NCBI GenBank assembly: GCA_963713045.1
Contig: CAVQKE010000001.1
Coordinates: forward strand, 160,001-224,000
Reading direction: 5' to 3'
Source: an uncultured delta proteobacterium
GTDB taxonomy: Bacteria; Myxococcota; Myxococcia; Myxococcales; Myxococcaceae
DNA length: 64,000 bases
A model generated the notes under the pieces. That model worked only from the letters and a program-made list of their open reading frames with translations, was not told the origin of the DNA and did not search any database. The translations under genes and the position numbers were made by a program. Below are positions 29,103 to 38,795 of the stretch, piece after piece; position 1 is the first letter of the stretch, and the number at the start of each line of letters is the position of its first letter.

Positions 29103-29292
29103 GTTTCTGAAAAGCAGGCCCCAGGCCCGCGGCGCGCGGAGGGACTAGCACGCGTTGCGGCCGGCGCCCAAGCGGGGCGTTGGTCCGGAGTTGCTACCTG
29201 GGGTTGAGTCGGCGGAAGTGCGCCGCATTGGCGAATGAATTTCGCGTCTTGAACGCCGTCGCACTTGGTTGGAACAGGGACTCCGAACAGCC

Positions 29293-29646
29293 GTGGAATT
29301 TTACGCGCTGGCTCGTCATCGCAAGCTTGTTGTTGCCGGAAGCCGGCTGCGGCCCTTCCACCTACAGTTGCCCCATGGCCAATGGCCTCTGCTGGCAACT
29401 GACCGGGGCACCCAGCTCTGAGTATTCAGACTGGAGTGGCTTCGGCTCGGGCCTCGGAATTACCCACACGGGGCCTGCTGCCACGCTGACGTCCGGCGGT
29501 TGCTCGACGGTGGGCGTCATTGGAACGTGCACCGAGCCATCCGAGGGACAGATTAAGTGGGTTTATTTCTATTATTCGCCGGCCTGGACCGTGACGCAGG
29601 CAGTAGACAGCTGCGCTTTCAAGGGTGAGTCTGGGCTCCGGACTAG
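29293..29646 (+). pseudogene. Lower-GC Cys-rich lipoprotein-like remnant, probably frameshifted
   Basis: TRWLVIASLLLPEAGC signal/lipobox-like segment and six Cys; nearest GTG (29293) and TAG (29644-46) are both out of frame with the body. Confidence 0.4.
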
Positions 29647-29702
29647 CTGCTGGCAGATGGCCTCTGTCAACAGCTGGGGCTGGACACGCACCGGGGTGGA
29701 GG

Positions 29703-31022
29703 TCAATCCGCGTTCAGTGTCTTGGCGGCCGCCCGTCCGGACAGCAGGGCATCCTCCATGGAGGAGTATTCCCACTGGCCGTAGCGTCCGGCGGTCTGCA
29801 GCTGGGCGGAGGCGAGGAAGTCCACCACCGTTTTCTTCGCTGGCCCATAGGCGTCGTCATAAATGACGTAGGCGTGAGGAATGTCCTCCGCCTCGGCAAA
29901 AAGCACGTCCTCGCGGCGTTGCACCATGCGGGAGTTGAGTAAGTCCTCCACCGCGTCGGCTTCGCACCCCGCCCGACTGCGCTGCCCGGTGTGGCTGTAT
30001 TCGACGTAGAAAGAAGCCATGCCCGGTGGCGCCAGCGCCGGGTACACCGCTGAGGGGGAGCCAATGCGGTAGGTTTGAAATTCGTTCCCCGGCAGGTACA
30101 CCCAATGCCAGGGTTGGGCGTTGGTGTGCCGGACGCCCACTCGGACGTAGGTGACGGTGAAGGAGCGCAGCCGCGCCGCCGCCGCGCGTACCTCCTCCGG
30201 CACCCCAGCTGGGCCCTCGGCCAGAAGGGCCACCAGCTGCGGCAATTCGATGGTGGACACCAAAGCCGAGAAGCGCACCGTCTCCCCGGTGGACAGCGTC
30301 GCTGTCCGGGCGCGCCAGTCCAGCCGGGTGGCCACCGTCCCTACAAGGACGCGCCCAGGCGGAGCCGCCCGCAGCAGCGCGCGGGGGAGCGCCTCGATGC
30401 CGCCCTCCTTGGGGTAGAGGAAGCTGGCGTTGTAGCCAAGCTGGTCCCCCCCCAGGCCCAACGCACCGTCCACCACTTCTTGAAGGGTGGGCTTCGGGAC
30501 AAAGCGCCCGCACCAAGCGGCCGACAGCTCGGCCGGTGGCACGGTCCACAGCTTGGTGTTGTAGGGCACCATGAAGTTTTTGGCGAAGCCCTCGCCCAGG
30601 TGCCGAAGGATGAATTCCTCGAAGTTGCGCGGCTCCCTTTCCCTTAAGGCCCGGCCCTTCTCCCCCAGCGTCGCGTCGATGAAGCCGAGAAGGTTTTCCG
30701 CCACCACCTCCGCCGGCAGGCCGTAGGTATTCACCTGGTAGGGGAAGCGGGTGAAGACGCCGCGGGAAAAGACGGCCGCACGTCGGTCAATGCGCACCCA
30801 GCCGCCCGGCAGCCAGCTTTCCGTGACGAGGGCCTTCATCTCCGGGTCCCGAAGGTGAAGCCAGTGGCCAGTGGCGTCGAAGTGGAAGCCCCCATGCAGG
30901 ACTTCGGTGCGCGTCTTTCCCCCGACACGCGCCTCTTTCTCTACCAACAGCCAAGGGCGCCGGAGGAAGACGGCGGTGGAGAGGCCGGCCAGTCCGCCGC
31001 CGAGAATGAGCACCGGGTCCAT
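29703..31022 (-). CDS. FAD-dependent oxidoreductase (protoporphyrinogen oxidase/UDP-galactopyranose mutase-like)
   Basis: GGGLAG, E...VGG, FDATGH, FLYPKEGG, GRYGQWEY. Confidence 0.8.
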   Translation of the reverse strand: MDPVLILGGGLAGLSTAVFLRRPWLLVEKEARVGGKTRTEVLHGGFHFDATGHWLHLRDPEMKALVTESWLPGGWVRIDRRAAVFSRGVFTRFPYQVNTYGLPAEVVAENLLGFIDATLGEKGRALREREPRNFEEFILRHLGEGFAKNFMVPYNTKLWTVPPAELSAAWCGRFVPKPTLQEVVDGALGLGGDQLGYNASFLYPKEGGIEALPRALLRAAPPGRVLVGTVATRLDWRARTATLSTGETVRFSALVSTIELPQLVALLAEGPAGVPEEVRAAAARLRSFTVTYVRVGVRHTNAQPWHWVYLPGNEFQTYRIGSPSAVYPALAPPGMASFYVEYSHTGQRSRAGCEADAVEDLLNSRMVQRREDVLFAEAEDIPHAYVIYDDAYGPAKKTVVDFLASAQLQTAGRYGQWEYSSMEDALLSGRAAAKTLNAD

Positions 31023-31095
31023 AGAAAGAGGCCGGACTACCTAGCATAGCCCCCCCGGCCTCCCTCGGCCTTTCTGGTAACCTTGCGCCCCTCCA

Positions 31096-34000
31096 ATGAG
31101 AGTGACGTGCCCCTCCTGCCAGGCGCTCTACAACCTCGACGAGCGGCGAATCCCGCCCGGCGGGGCGAAGCTGAAGTGCACCAAGTGCCAAAGCGTCTTC
31201 CCCATCCAAGCGGGTGGGACGGCGCAAGAGGCGGTGCCGCTCCCGGCCAGCGTGGTGCCCCCCGCCGCGCCACGTAGGCCACCTCCGCCATCCAGCCCTC
31301 TGCCGGCCGTCCCCCGGACGCCCACCGGTTCCATCGCGGTGGTGCCGCCGCCGCAGTCGATGACGACGGGCGTCATCCCTTTGCCCTCGCTGGGCCTTTC
31401 AGGCGAGGCAAGCTTCCCGCGGATTACCGCCCATGCCCCGGAGGCCGGCCCCTCACCCATCTCCATGACGACCGGTGTCATCCCCTTGCCGGCCATGACG
31501 GCACCACCGCCGCCGCCGGCACCGGCCCCCTCCAGTGCGGCCAGCGCGCCACGCCCCACCGACAGGACGGTGGTATTTCCGCTGCCGAGGGACGGCGCCC
31601 CGGCGTCCACGGTGCCTCTGCCCTCCCCGGGCGGCGCGCCGGCGACTCCATCCTTTCCGCCGCCACCAGCCCGGACCGCAGCATCGCGTCCCACACCCCC
31701 TCCGTCGCCGCCGCCCAGGCTGGAGACGCAGCCCCCCGCTCCTCCGCCGAGAGCGGCTACGCGAGCCGAGTCCCCGGCTGCCCCCGTGCTGGAGGCTCCG
31801 CCGGCGGCGCCGGGGCTGGACGCGCACGTCGTCCCGCCGGTGCCGGCGCCCACCGACGTCGACTTTGCCGACGTCTGGAATACCAACCCCGGCACTCTCG
31901 CCCCCACCCGCCCTTCTTTTGGGGAGGTGCAACTGGAGGGCGGCGACGCCAACGCGACGGACTTTCCTTTCCCGGAGGACTTCGAGCCGGCGCAGCCCGG
32001 TGGCTTCGCCTGGGATGCGCCTGCCTTCCCGCCTCCCTCGCAGACGCCACCTTCTCCCACCGCGCCCCCCAGCCCGAAGGTCCCGGCCCAAGCGGTGCCG
32101 GCCGCCGCCGCCGCGGCAGTGGACCCACTTGAATTTGACCCGTCTGCGCCTCCCAACGAGGAGTTGGAGGCGGACTTGTCGGCGCCGCTTCCGCGCGCGC
32201 CGCAGAAGGAGCCCGAGCCAGAGGACGGCCTGGAGATGCTGGGCTTCCTCGACGAGGCCGCCAAGGAGAGTAAGGGCAAGCGCGTCAAAGCGGCGCGCTT
32301 CCACGTGAGGCGGCGCAGCGGAAAAATCTTCGGCCCCTTCGACGAGGGCGTCATCGCCAAAATGCTCGCCGACGGGCAGTTGCTCGGCAATGAGGACGTC
32401 TCCACCGACCAGGAGACGTGGGTGCCCTTCGGGTCGGTGCCCGGGTTCGCCGCCATCATGCAGCGCCTCGTCGCACGGCCCGACGTCCCGGTGGCTCCCC
32501 CGGGGACGGCCGCCGCGCCCAGCGAGCCCTCTTCTCCGGCGGACTTGGAGCGGCTGCGCCAGGTGTACGAGGGCCGGATGGCGGTGGTCAGCTCCATGGT
32601 GGACAGCGACGCCGAGGGCGCGCGCCGCAAGGTGCTTCTGCGGCTGGGCATCGTCGCCGGTCTGGTCCTCCTGGTGTTGGGTGCCGGCGGAAGTCTCGCC
32701 CTCACCCGCTTCGGGCCCTTTGGCGTCAAGTGGCTCTTTCCTCCCCACCTGAAGGCGGGCTCGCCCGAGGCCGTCAGCTTCGCCGCCGCCGAGAAGGCGA
32801 TTGGGCAGGACAGCTATGCGGCATTGAAGGGGGCCAAAGTCCAGCTGGAGGGCCTCCTTTCCGGACAGGAAGTGGCCGAGGTGCGCGCCGCGTGGGTGCA
32901 AGTCGTGTCCCGGCTGGAGCGGCAATACGCCAGCACCGTCGCCGGGGACGGCGCCCGGGTGGCAGCCGCCCTGGCCGGCCCGCTGGATAGCCTCGGCAAG
33001 CACGACGCCCGGCGCGTGAAGGCCCTCGCCAATGTGGCGCTCACCTCCCATCGGGCCGACGACGCACTGGCTGAACTCGCGCTGGCTGAAGGCAGCGACA
33101 GCGAAGTGGCGCTGCTGCGGGCCGAGGCCCTGCTGCAAAAAGGCCAGGCCCCAGCCGCAGTGGCAGCGTTGGAGCCGCTCTGCAAAACCACCCCCAGCGC
33201 CCGACTCTGCCACGCGCTGGGGACGGCCCTTCTGGCCAAGGGGGACGCGGCGGCGGCGGATGCGGCCTTTGTCCAGGCACTCGCCCTGGACAGCAAGCAC
33301 TTTCCCTCGGCCTTGGACCGCGCCAACCTCGCCTTGAAGAAGCGCAACGACGGCGCCCAGGCACTGGACCTTCTCGCTCACTTCCTCGAGCCAACCGCGC
33401 TGGCCAAGCTGGCTCCGGCCCAGCAGGCGCAGGCCCTCACCATCGAAGGCGTGGCGCTCTTGGAAACCGGAGACGCGGACCGCGGGCTGGAGGCCCTGGA
33501 GCGCGCGACGAAAGCCGACCCCTCCTCCGCCGTCGCCCGCGGGGCGCTGGCTCGCGCCTACCTCGCAAGACACGACTTGCAGAAGGCGCTGCCGCTCCTG
33601 TCCGAGGCAGTGCAGAAGGACCCTCTGAATCCAGCGCTGGCCGAGGCCCTGGTCAGCGCCCAGCTTGCCCTCGGGCTGCCGGCGGAGGCCCAGTTGGCGG
33701 TGACCGCGGCCCTGAGGCGAATGCCGGGCGACGCCAGGCTGTTGCTCCTGTCCGGCCAGGTGAATGAAACCCTCGACCGGCTGGGCGAGGCGGAGGCGCT
33801 CTACACCCAGGCACTGGCCGCCGACCCCAAAAACCCGGAGCCGTCCCTTGCCCTGGGGCGCTTCTTTCTCCGCTTCCGCCGCAACAGCGAGGCGCGGGCC
33901 CAGTTTGACGCGCTGGCCCAGCGCCTCCCCGACGACCCACGGGTGCTGGTGGGGCTGGGGGACTTGGCCATGGCCGACGGCGACGTGGCCAAGGCCCGCG

Positions 34001-35007
34001 TGCAGTACGAGAAGGCCACCGCGGCGGACCCCAAATTCGCCGCCGCCTGGCTCGGCCAGTCCAAGGTGGCCATTGAACAGCAGCGCTGGTCGGATGCGCG
34101 AAGCGACGCCGAGCGCGCACTCAAACTGGACGCCAACGTCCCCGACGGGCGGCTGCAGCGCGGCCTCGCCCTGTGGAAGCTGAAGGACTTGCCTGGCGCC
34201 TTGAAGGAAATGGAGGCCGGCCGCCCCAACTCCGGAAATTTGAAAGTCAACGTCGCGGTGGGCGCCGTGCTCGTCGACCAGGGCGACCTGGCGGGGGCCG
34301 AGGCGGCACTCAACCAGGCGCTGCGCGTCGAGCCGAGTAACCCCGAGGCCAACTTCTACATGGCGCAAGTGCATGCCGCGCGCCTGGAGTGGACCGGCGC
34401 CATCGAGAGCATGCGCGCCGCTTTGGACCGGGTCCCGCAGCGAGCCACGTACCACTATGAATTGGGGCGCATTTACCTCGGCGCCAAGAAGCTGCCCGAG
34501 GCCCTCGAGTCCTGGAAGATGGCGGTCAAGCTCAACCCCAAATACACCGACGCCTGGGTGGCCATCGGACAGGCCGAGCAGGAGGCCCAAGCGTACGAAG
34601 AGGCCATTGCCGCCTACGAGGGAGGCCTACAGTCGGACCCGTCGCGCACCGCCCTCCTGGTGGCGGTCGGCGACTGCTACGCGCAAACCAACCATTGGGC
34701 GGACGCGGCAGCCCGCTACCTGCAGGCGCTGAAAGCCGACCCGAGGCTACCGGGCCTCTACTACCGCCTGGCCCGCTGCTATGCGGAGCAGGGGGATGAG
34801 GCCCGCGCACTCCCTTACTACGTGAAGTCCACCGTGAGCGACCCGAGCAACGCGCTCGCCTTCTACCACCTCGGCTACGCCTACAAGGAGCGCGGGCGTC
34901 GCCGCGAGGCCATCGCCGCCTTCAAAGCGTTTCTACAAAAGAGTCCCAAAGCCAAGGAGCGCCAGGAAGTGGAGGACGAGATTCTGGACCTGCAGGGCGG
35001 GCACTGA
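31096..35007 (+). CDS. Zinc-ribbon + GYF-like + TM + TPR protein
   Basis: CPSC..CTKC ribbon (MJ0042-like), Pro-rich linker, GKIFGPF..W GYF-like motif, TM helix, TPR array. Confidence 0.85.
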   Translation: MRVTCPSCQALYNLDERRIPPGGAKLKCTKCQSVFPIQAGGTAQEAVPLPASVVPPAAPRRPPPPSSPLPAVPRTPTGSIAVVPPPQSMTTGVIPLPSLGLSGEASFPRITAHAPEAGPSPISMTTGVIPLPAMTAPPPPPAPAPSSAASAPRPTDRTVVFPLPRDGAPASTVPLPSPGGAPATPSFPPPPARTAASRPTPPPSPPPRLETQPPAPPPRAATRAESPAAPVLEAPPAAPGLDAHVVPPVPAPTDVDFADVWNTNPGTLAPTRPSFGEVQLEGGDANATDFPFPEDFEPAQPGGFAWDAPAFPPPSQTPPSPTAPPSPKVPAQAVPAAAAAAVDPLEFDPSAPPNEELEADLSAPLPRAPQKEPEPEDGLEMLGFLDEAAKESKGKRVKAARFHVRRRSGKIFGPFDEGVIAKMLADGQLLGNEDVSTDQETWVPFGSVPGFAAIMQRLVARPDVPVAPPGTAAAPSEPSSPADLERLRQVYEGRMAVVSSMVDSDAEGARRKVLLRLGIVAGLVLLVLGAGGSLALTRFGPFGVKWLFPPHLKAGSPEAVSFAAAEKAIGQDSYAALKGAKVQLEGLLSGQEVAEVRAAWVQVVSRLERQYASTVAGDGARVAAALAGPLDSLGKHDARRVKALANVALTSHRADDALAELALAEGSDSEVALLRAEALLQKGQAPAAVAALEPLCKTTPSARLCHALGTALLAKGDAAAADAAFVQALALDSKHFPSALDRANLALKKRNDGAQALDLLAHFLEPTALAKLAPAQQAQALTIEGVALLETGDADRGLEALERATKADPSSAVARGALARAYLARHDLQKALPLLSEAVQKDPLNPALAEALVSAQLALGLPAEAQLAVTAALRRMPGDARLLLLSGQVNETLDRLGEAEALYTQALAADPKNPEPSLALGRFFLRFRRNSEARAQFDALAQRLPDDPRVLVGLGDLAMADGDVAKARVQYEKATAADPKFAAAWLGQSKVAIEQQRWSDARSDAERALKLDANVPDGRLQRGLALWKLKDLPGALKEMEAGRPNSGNLKVNVAVGAVLVDQGDLAGAEAALNQALRVEPSNPEANFYMAQVHAARLEWTGAIESMRAALDRVPQRATYHYELGRIYLGAKKLPEALESWKMAVKLNPKYTDAWVAIGQAEQEAQAYEEAIAAYEGGLQSDPSRTALLVAVGDCYAQTNHWADAAARYLQALKADPRLPGLYYRLARCYAEQGDEARALPYYVKSTVSDPSNALAFYHLGYAYKERGRRREAIAAFKAFLQKSPKAKERQEVEDEILDLQGGH
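31357..31491 (+). repeat. Duplicated decapeptide [10 protein letters not shown] (31357-31386 and 31462-31491)
   Basis: Identical peptide with synonymous codon differences. Confidence 0.8.
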
Positions 35008-36284
35008 TGCTCGACTTGCGGTTCGTCGCCGAGAACTTCGACGCGGTGGACGCACGACTGCGCACCCGCGGGGGGGCGTTGGACTGGGGGCCTTTCCAGC
35101 GGCTAGAGGGTGAGCGCCGGGCGCTCATCGTCTCGCGGGAAGCGCTCCAAGCGCGGCGCAACGCGGCCAACGAGGAGATGAAGCGGGCGGCGAAGGCGGC
35201 CCCGGCGGACTTCGAAGCGCTGCGCGAAGAAATGCGCGGGGTGAGCCAATCCATCAAAGAATTGGAGAAGCAGCAGGCGGCGGTGGAGGAGGCACTCCAA
35301 CGCATCCTCTTGGACGTCCCCAACCTCCCCGACGCCTCGGTGCCGGTCGGCGGTGGCCCGGAGGACAACCGGGAGGTCCGCCGCTGGGGGGAGCCGCCCC
35401 GCTTCCTCTTCGAGCCGCGCCAGCACTTTGAATTGGGGGAGGCCTTGGGCCTGTTGGACTTCGAGCGGGCGGCCAAGGTGTCCGGAGCGCGCTTCGCCTT
35501 CTATCGCGGCGCACTGGCACGGCTGGAGCGCGCGCTGGTGGCCTTCATGGTGGATGTGGCCAATGAGCGGGGCTACACTGAATTGCTTCCTCCCTACCTG
35601 GTGCTGCGCTCGGCCCTGGTGGGCACCGGGCAACTTCCCAAGTTCGAGCAGGACTTGTTTCGCGTCAGCAGCGGCGAGGAGCGCTTCCTCATCCCCACCG
35701 CGGAAGTCCCCGTCACCAACTACCACGCCGATGAAATACTGGACGGCGAGCGGCTCCCCTTGCGGTACGTCGCCTTCAGCCCCTGCTTTCGCGCCGAGGC
35801 CGGGGCCGCGGGCAAGGACACCCGGGGCCTCATCCGCCAGCACCAATTCCATAAGGTGGAGCTGGTGCACTTCGTCCGCCCAGAAACCAGCATGGCGGCT
35901 CTGGAGGCGATGGTGGACGCAGCCTGCGAGGTGCTGCGCCGGCTGGCGCTTCACCACCGGGTGGTGCTGCTGTGCACCGGGGACATGGGCTTCACCTCCG
36001 CCAAAACTTATGACGTCGAGGTGTGGCTGCCGGGACAGAATACCTTCCGGGAGATTTCTTCCTGCTCCAACTGCACCGACTTCCAAGCGCGGCGCGCGAA
36101 AATCCGCTTCCGCCCAGAGGCCGGCGCCAAGCCGCAGCCGGTGCACACCCTCAACGGCTCGGCCCTTGCGGTGGGACGGACGGTGGTGGCCTTGCTGGAG
36201 AATGGACAGCGCGAGGACGGCACGGTGGCGCTTCCCGAGGCGCTGTGGCCCTACCTGGGGGGCTTGAAGGAACTGCGGCACTGA
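35007..36284 (+). CDS. serS: Serine--tRNA ligase
   Basis: MLD start, [31 protein letters not shown]. Confidence 0.98.
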   Translation: MLDLRFVAENFDAVDARLRTRGGALDWGPFQRLEGERRALIVSREALQARRNAANEEMKRAAKAAPADFEALREEMRGVSQSIKELEKQQAAVEEALQRILLDVPNLPDASVPVGGGPEDNREVRRWGEPPRFLFEPRQHFELGEALGLLDFERAAKVSGARFAFYRGALARLERALVAFMVDVANERGYTELLPPYLVLRSALVGTGQLPKFEQDLFRVSSGEERFLIPTAEVPVTNYHADEILDGERLPLRYVAFSPCFRAEAGAAGKDTRGLIRQHQFHKVELVHFVRPETSMAALEAMVDAACEVLRRLALHHRVVLLCTGDMGFTSAKTYDVEVWLPGQNTFREISSCSNCTDFQARRAKIRFRPEAGAKPQPVHTLNGSALAVGRTVVALLENGQREDGTVALPEALWPYLGGLKELRH

Positions 36285-36326
36285 GCGAGCGTCCAGCCCA
36301 GGGGGGGTGAAGGCGCAGGGCGAGGG

Positions 36327-36354
36327 TTGCAATGCCTTTGCAATACGGTAAGAA
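36327..36354 (+). promoter_or_regulatory. Possible sigma70 promoter for the tRNA cluster
   Basis: TTGCAA-N16-TAAGAA upstream of tRNA-Ser(TGA). Confidence 0.35.
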
Positions 36355-36400
36355 GGCGACCCTTTTTTGAAGGGATGGAAGGAGTCGCCGGTGCCGTCTT

Positions 36401-36487
36401 GGAGGAATGGCCGAGCGGCTGAAGGCAGCGGTCTTGAAAACCGCCAAGGGTGAAAGCCCTTCGTAGGTTCGAATCCTACTTCCTCCG
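36401..36487 (+). tRNA. tRNA-Ser(TGA)
   Basis: Cloverleaf; anticodon arm GCGGT-CTTGAAA-ACCGC; long variable arm; GTTCGAATC; CCA not encoded. Confidence 0.95.
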
Positions 36488-36528
36488 TCGCAGTTCGTTC
36501 TTTGACATCGGTAGGTCTTGGTTCCTGT

Positions 36529-36618
36529 GGAGAGATGGCCGAGAGGCTGAAGGCACAGGTTTGCTAAACCTGCATACTCGAAAGGGTATCGAGGGTTCGA
36601 ATCCCTCTCTCTCCGCCA
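36529..36618 (+). tRNA. tRNA-Ser(GCT)
   Basis: CAGGT-TTGCTAA-ACCTG; long variable arm; ends GCCA. Confidence 0.95.
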
Positions 36619-36630
36619 TACTTAAAAAAC

Positions 36631-36707
36631 GCGCCCTTAGCTCAGTTGGATAGAGCGTCGGACTACGAATCCGAAGGCCAGAGGTTCAAATCCTCTAGGG
36701 CGCGCCA
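36631..36707 (+). tRNA. tRNA-Arg(ACG)
   Basis: TCGGA-CTACGAA-TCCGA; GCGCCCT/AGGGCGC acceptor stem; ends GCCA. Confidence 0.95.
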
Positions 36708-36727
36708 ATTCTTTTTGTTGAGAGCCT

Positions 36728-37216
36728 ATGCCGCTTCCCGTGACTCCGATGGACCTCCACTGGATGCAGCTGGCGCTGCGTCTGGCCGAGGAGGCGGGCC
36801 TCGATGCCGAGGTCCCGGTCGGCGCTGTCGCCGTCCACGAGGGACTGGAAGTGGGCCGGGGCCGCAATCGCCGGGAAAAGACGAATGACCCTTTTGCCCA
36901 TGCCGAGATGGAGGCGCTGTCGTCGGCGGTGCGGACTCTGGGCCGCTCGCGGCTCACCGGGGTGACGCTGTACGTGACGCTGGAGCCCTGCAGCATGTGC
37001 GCCGGAGCCATGCTTCTGGCACGCATCGACCGGCTCGTCTTTGGTGCGCCGAGCCCGAAGGCGGGAGCCGTCGGCGGCCTGCTGGACTTGACGGCCGCCA
37101 GCCACAATCACCGTTTCGCCCAGATGAGCGGTGTTGAGGAGCAGGCCTGTGCTGGGCTTTTGCGGAGATTTTTCGCCGAGCTCCGCGAGGCGCCCGAGGA
37201 CGAGGGAGGACGTTGA
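36728..37216 (+). CDS. tadA: tRNA-specific adenosine deaminase
   Basis: EVPVGA, HAE, TLEPCSMCAGA, HNH. Confidence 0.93.
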   Translation: MPLPVTPMDLHWMQLALRLAEEAGLDAEVPVGAVAVHEGLEVGRGRNRREKTNDPFAHAEMEALSSAVRTLGRSRLTGVTLYVTLEPCSMCAGAMLLARIDRLVFGAPSPKAGAVGGLLDLTAASHNHRFAQMSGVEEQACAGLLRRFFAELREAPEDEGGR

Positions 37217-37303
37217 GGAGAGCTGGCCGAGTGGTCGAAGGCACCTGACTCGAAATCAGGCGTACCGGCAACGGTACCGTAGGTTCGAATCCTACGCTCT
37301 CCG
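37217..37303 (+). tRNA. tRNA-Ser(CGA)
   Basis: CCTGA-CTCGAAA-TCAGG; long variable arm; CCA not encoded; begins at the base after the tadA stop. Confidence 0.94.
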
Positions 37304-37380
37304 TCGCTTTTTTTGAGAAGGAGGTTGCCCGGGAACGCGAGGGGAATGGCTTCTCGCTCCAGCGGGGAAAGGCTTTTTGA

Positions 37381-37467
37381 GGAGAGGTGGCCGAGCGGCT
37401 GAAGGCGCACGCCTGGAACGCGTGTATACCTGAAAGGGTATCGAGGGTTCGAATCCCTCCCTCTCCG
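37381..37467 (+). tRNA. tRNA-Ser(GGA)
   Basis: CACGC-CTGGAAC-GCGTG; long variable arm; CCA not encoded. Confidence 0.94.
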
Positions 37468-37504
37468 ACTGGTACATCGAGGTCAGGCAGTCCAGCACTT
37501 TTGT

Positions 37505-37584
37505 GGCCGGGACGACGCGGGGACGTGAACCCCGCCAGGTCCGGAAGGAAGCAACGGTAGCGCACCACCGCGTGTGTCCCGGCC
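37505..37584 (+). ncRNA. ffs: Signal recognition particle RNA (4.5S)
   Basis: Domain IV CCAGGTCCGGAAGGAAGCAACGG inside a GGCCGGGAC...GTCCCGGCC stem. Confidence 0.92.
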
Positions 37585-37633
37585 GTTCCCGTTGTTGACG
37601 CCCCCGCGGGTTCCCCGCCGGGGAAAGGTCGGC

Positions 37634-38773
37634 ATGCCGTCCGCTTCTGACGACGTCAGTCCGCGCAACCGACTGGCCGAGGTGGCCGGCGTCTTCCTGG
37701 GCTTGGGCGCCTCTGCCTTTGGCGGCCCGCTGGCTCACCTGGCCCTGATGCGCGAGAAGCTGGTGCAGGGCCGCGGCTGGGTGGACGAGCGCACCTTCGT
37801 CGACTTCCTCTCCTTGGCCAATCTCCTGCCGGGGCCCACCTCCACGGAAGTGGCGATGCAACTTGGGCGCGCCCGGGCCGGTCGGGCGGGCCTGGTGGTG
37901 GCTGGGGTGTGCTTCATCCTCCCGGCGGCACTGTTGGTGGCCGCCTTGGCGGCTCTCTACGTCCGCTTCGGCCTCCGTCCGGAGACGCAAGCCGTGCTGG
38001 TCTCGGTACAGCCGGTGGTGGTGGCGCTGGTGGCAACCGCCGTCGTGCCGCTGGCCCGCAGCACCCTGCGCACCCCTGGGCTGTGGGCCCTGTTTCTCGG
38101 CGCTCTGGCGGTTGCCCTTTTGGGCGTCCACCCCCTGGCCGTCCTGGCGGGCACCGGCCTGCTTTCTCTGCTTTTTCTTTCCCGAGGGCTGACACGCGCG
38201 GCGGTGGTTTTCCCGGCCGGTTGGCTCCTCGCCGCCACGCCCACCTCGGTCGGTCTCGGCCCGCTGTTTTTCGCCTTCCTTAAAATTGGCGCGGTGGTGT
38301 TGGGCAGTGGCTACGTGCTGGTGGCCTTCCTGCAGGCAGACTTGGTGGACCGACTGCACTGGCTCACTACCCCACAGCTGTTGGACGCGGTGGCGGTGGG
38401 CCAAGTGACACCGGGTCCCGTCTTCACCACGGCCACCTTCATTGGCTACCTGCTGCACGGGCCTTCGGGTGCGGCGGTGGCCACGCTGGCCGTCTTCCTG
38501 CCGGCCTTCCTCGGGGTGTGGCTGTCGGGCGGGCTGCTTTCGCGCCTTCGGGACAATCCTCGGGCTCGCTCCTTTCTGGACGGCGTCAACGCGGCGTCCC
38601 TGGCCCTGATGGTCCAGGTGACGCTCGTCCTCGGGCGCGCGGCGCTGGTGGACGTCCCCGCCCTGCTGCTGTGCGGGGCCGCCCTCGCCCTTTTGCTTCT
38701 GCTGAAGGCCAACGGCAGCTGGGTGGTCCTGGGTGCAGCCCTGGTGGGCCTGGTGCGGGCCCGCTTCGGCTAA
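37634..38773 (+). CDS. chrA: Chromate efflux transporter (long-chain CHR)
   Basis: Two domains: FGGP..H/LPGP and GSGY/TPGP. Confidence 0.9.
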   Translation: MPSASDDVSPRNRLAEVAGVFLGLGASAFGGPLAHLALMREKLVQGRGWVDERTFVDFLSLANLLPGPTSTEVAMQLGRARAGRAGLVVAGVCFILPAALLVAALAALYVRFGLRPETQAVLVSVQPVVVALVATAVVPLARSTLRTPGLWALFLGALAVALLGVHPLAVLAGTGLLSLLFLSRGLTRAAVVFPAGWLLAATPTSVGLGPLFFAFLKIGAVVLGSGYVLVAFLQADLVDRLHWLTTPQLLDAVAVGQVTPGPVFTTATFIGYLLHGPSGAAVATLAVFLPAFLGVWLSGGLLSRLRDNPRARSFLDGVNAASLALMVQVTLVLGRAALVDVPALLLCGAALALLLLLKANGSWVVLGAALVGLVRARFG

Positions 38774-38795
38774 CGCCGCCTAAGCCCACCCCGCT

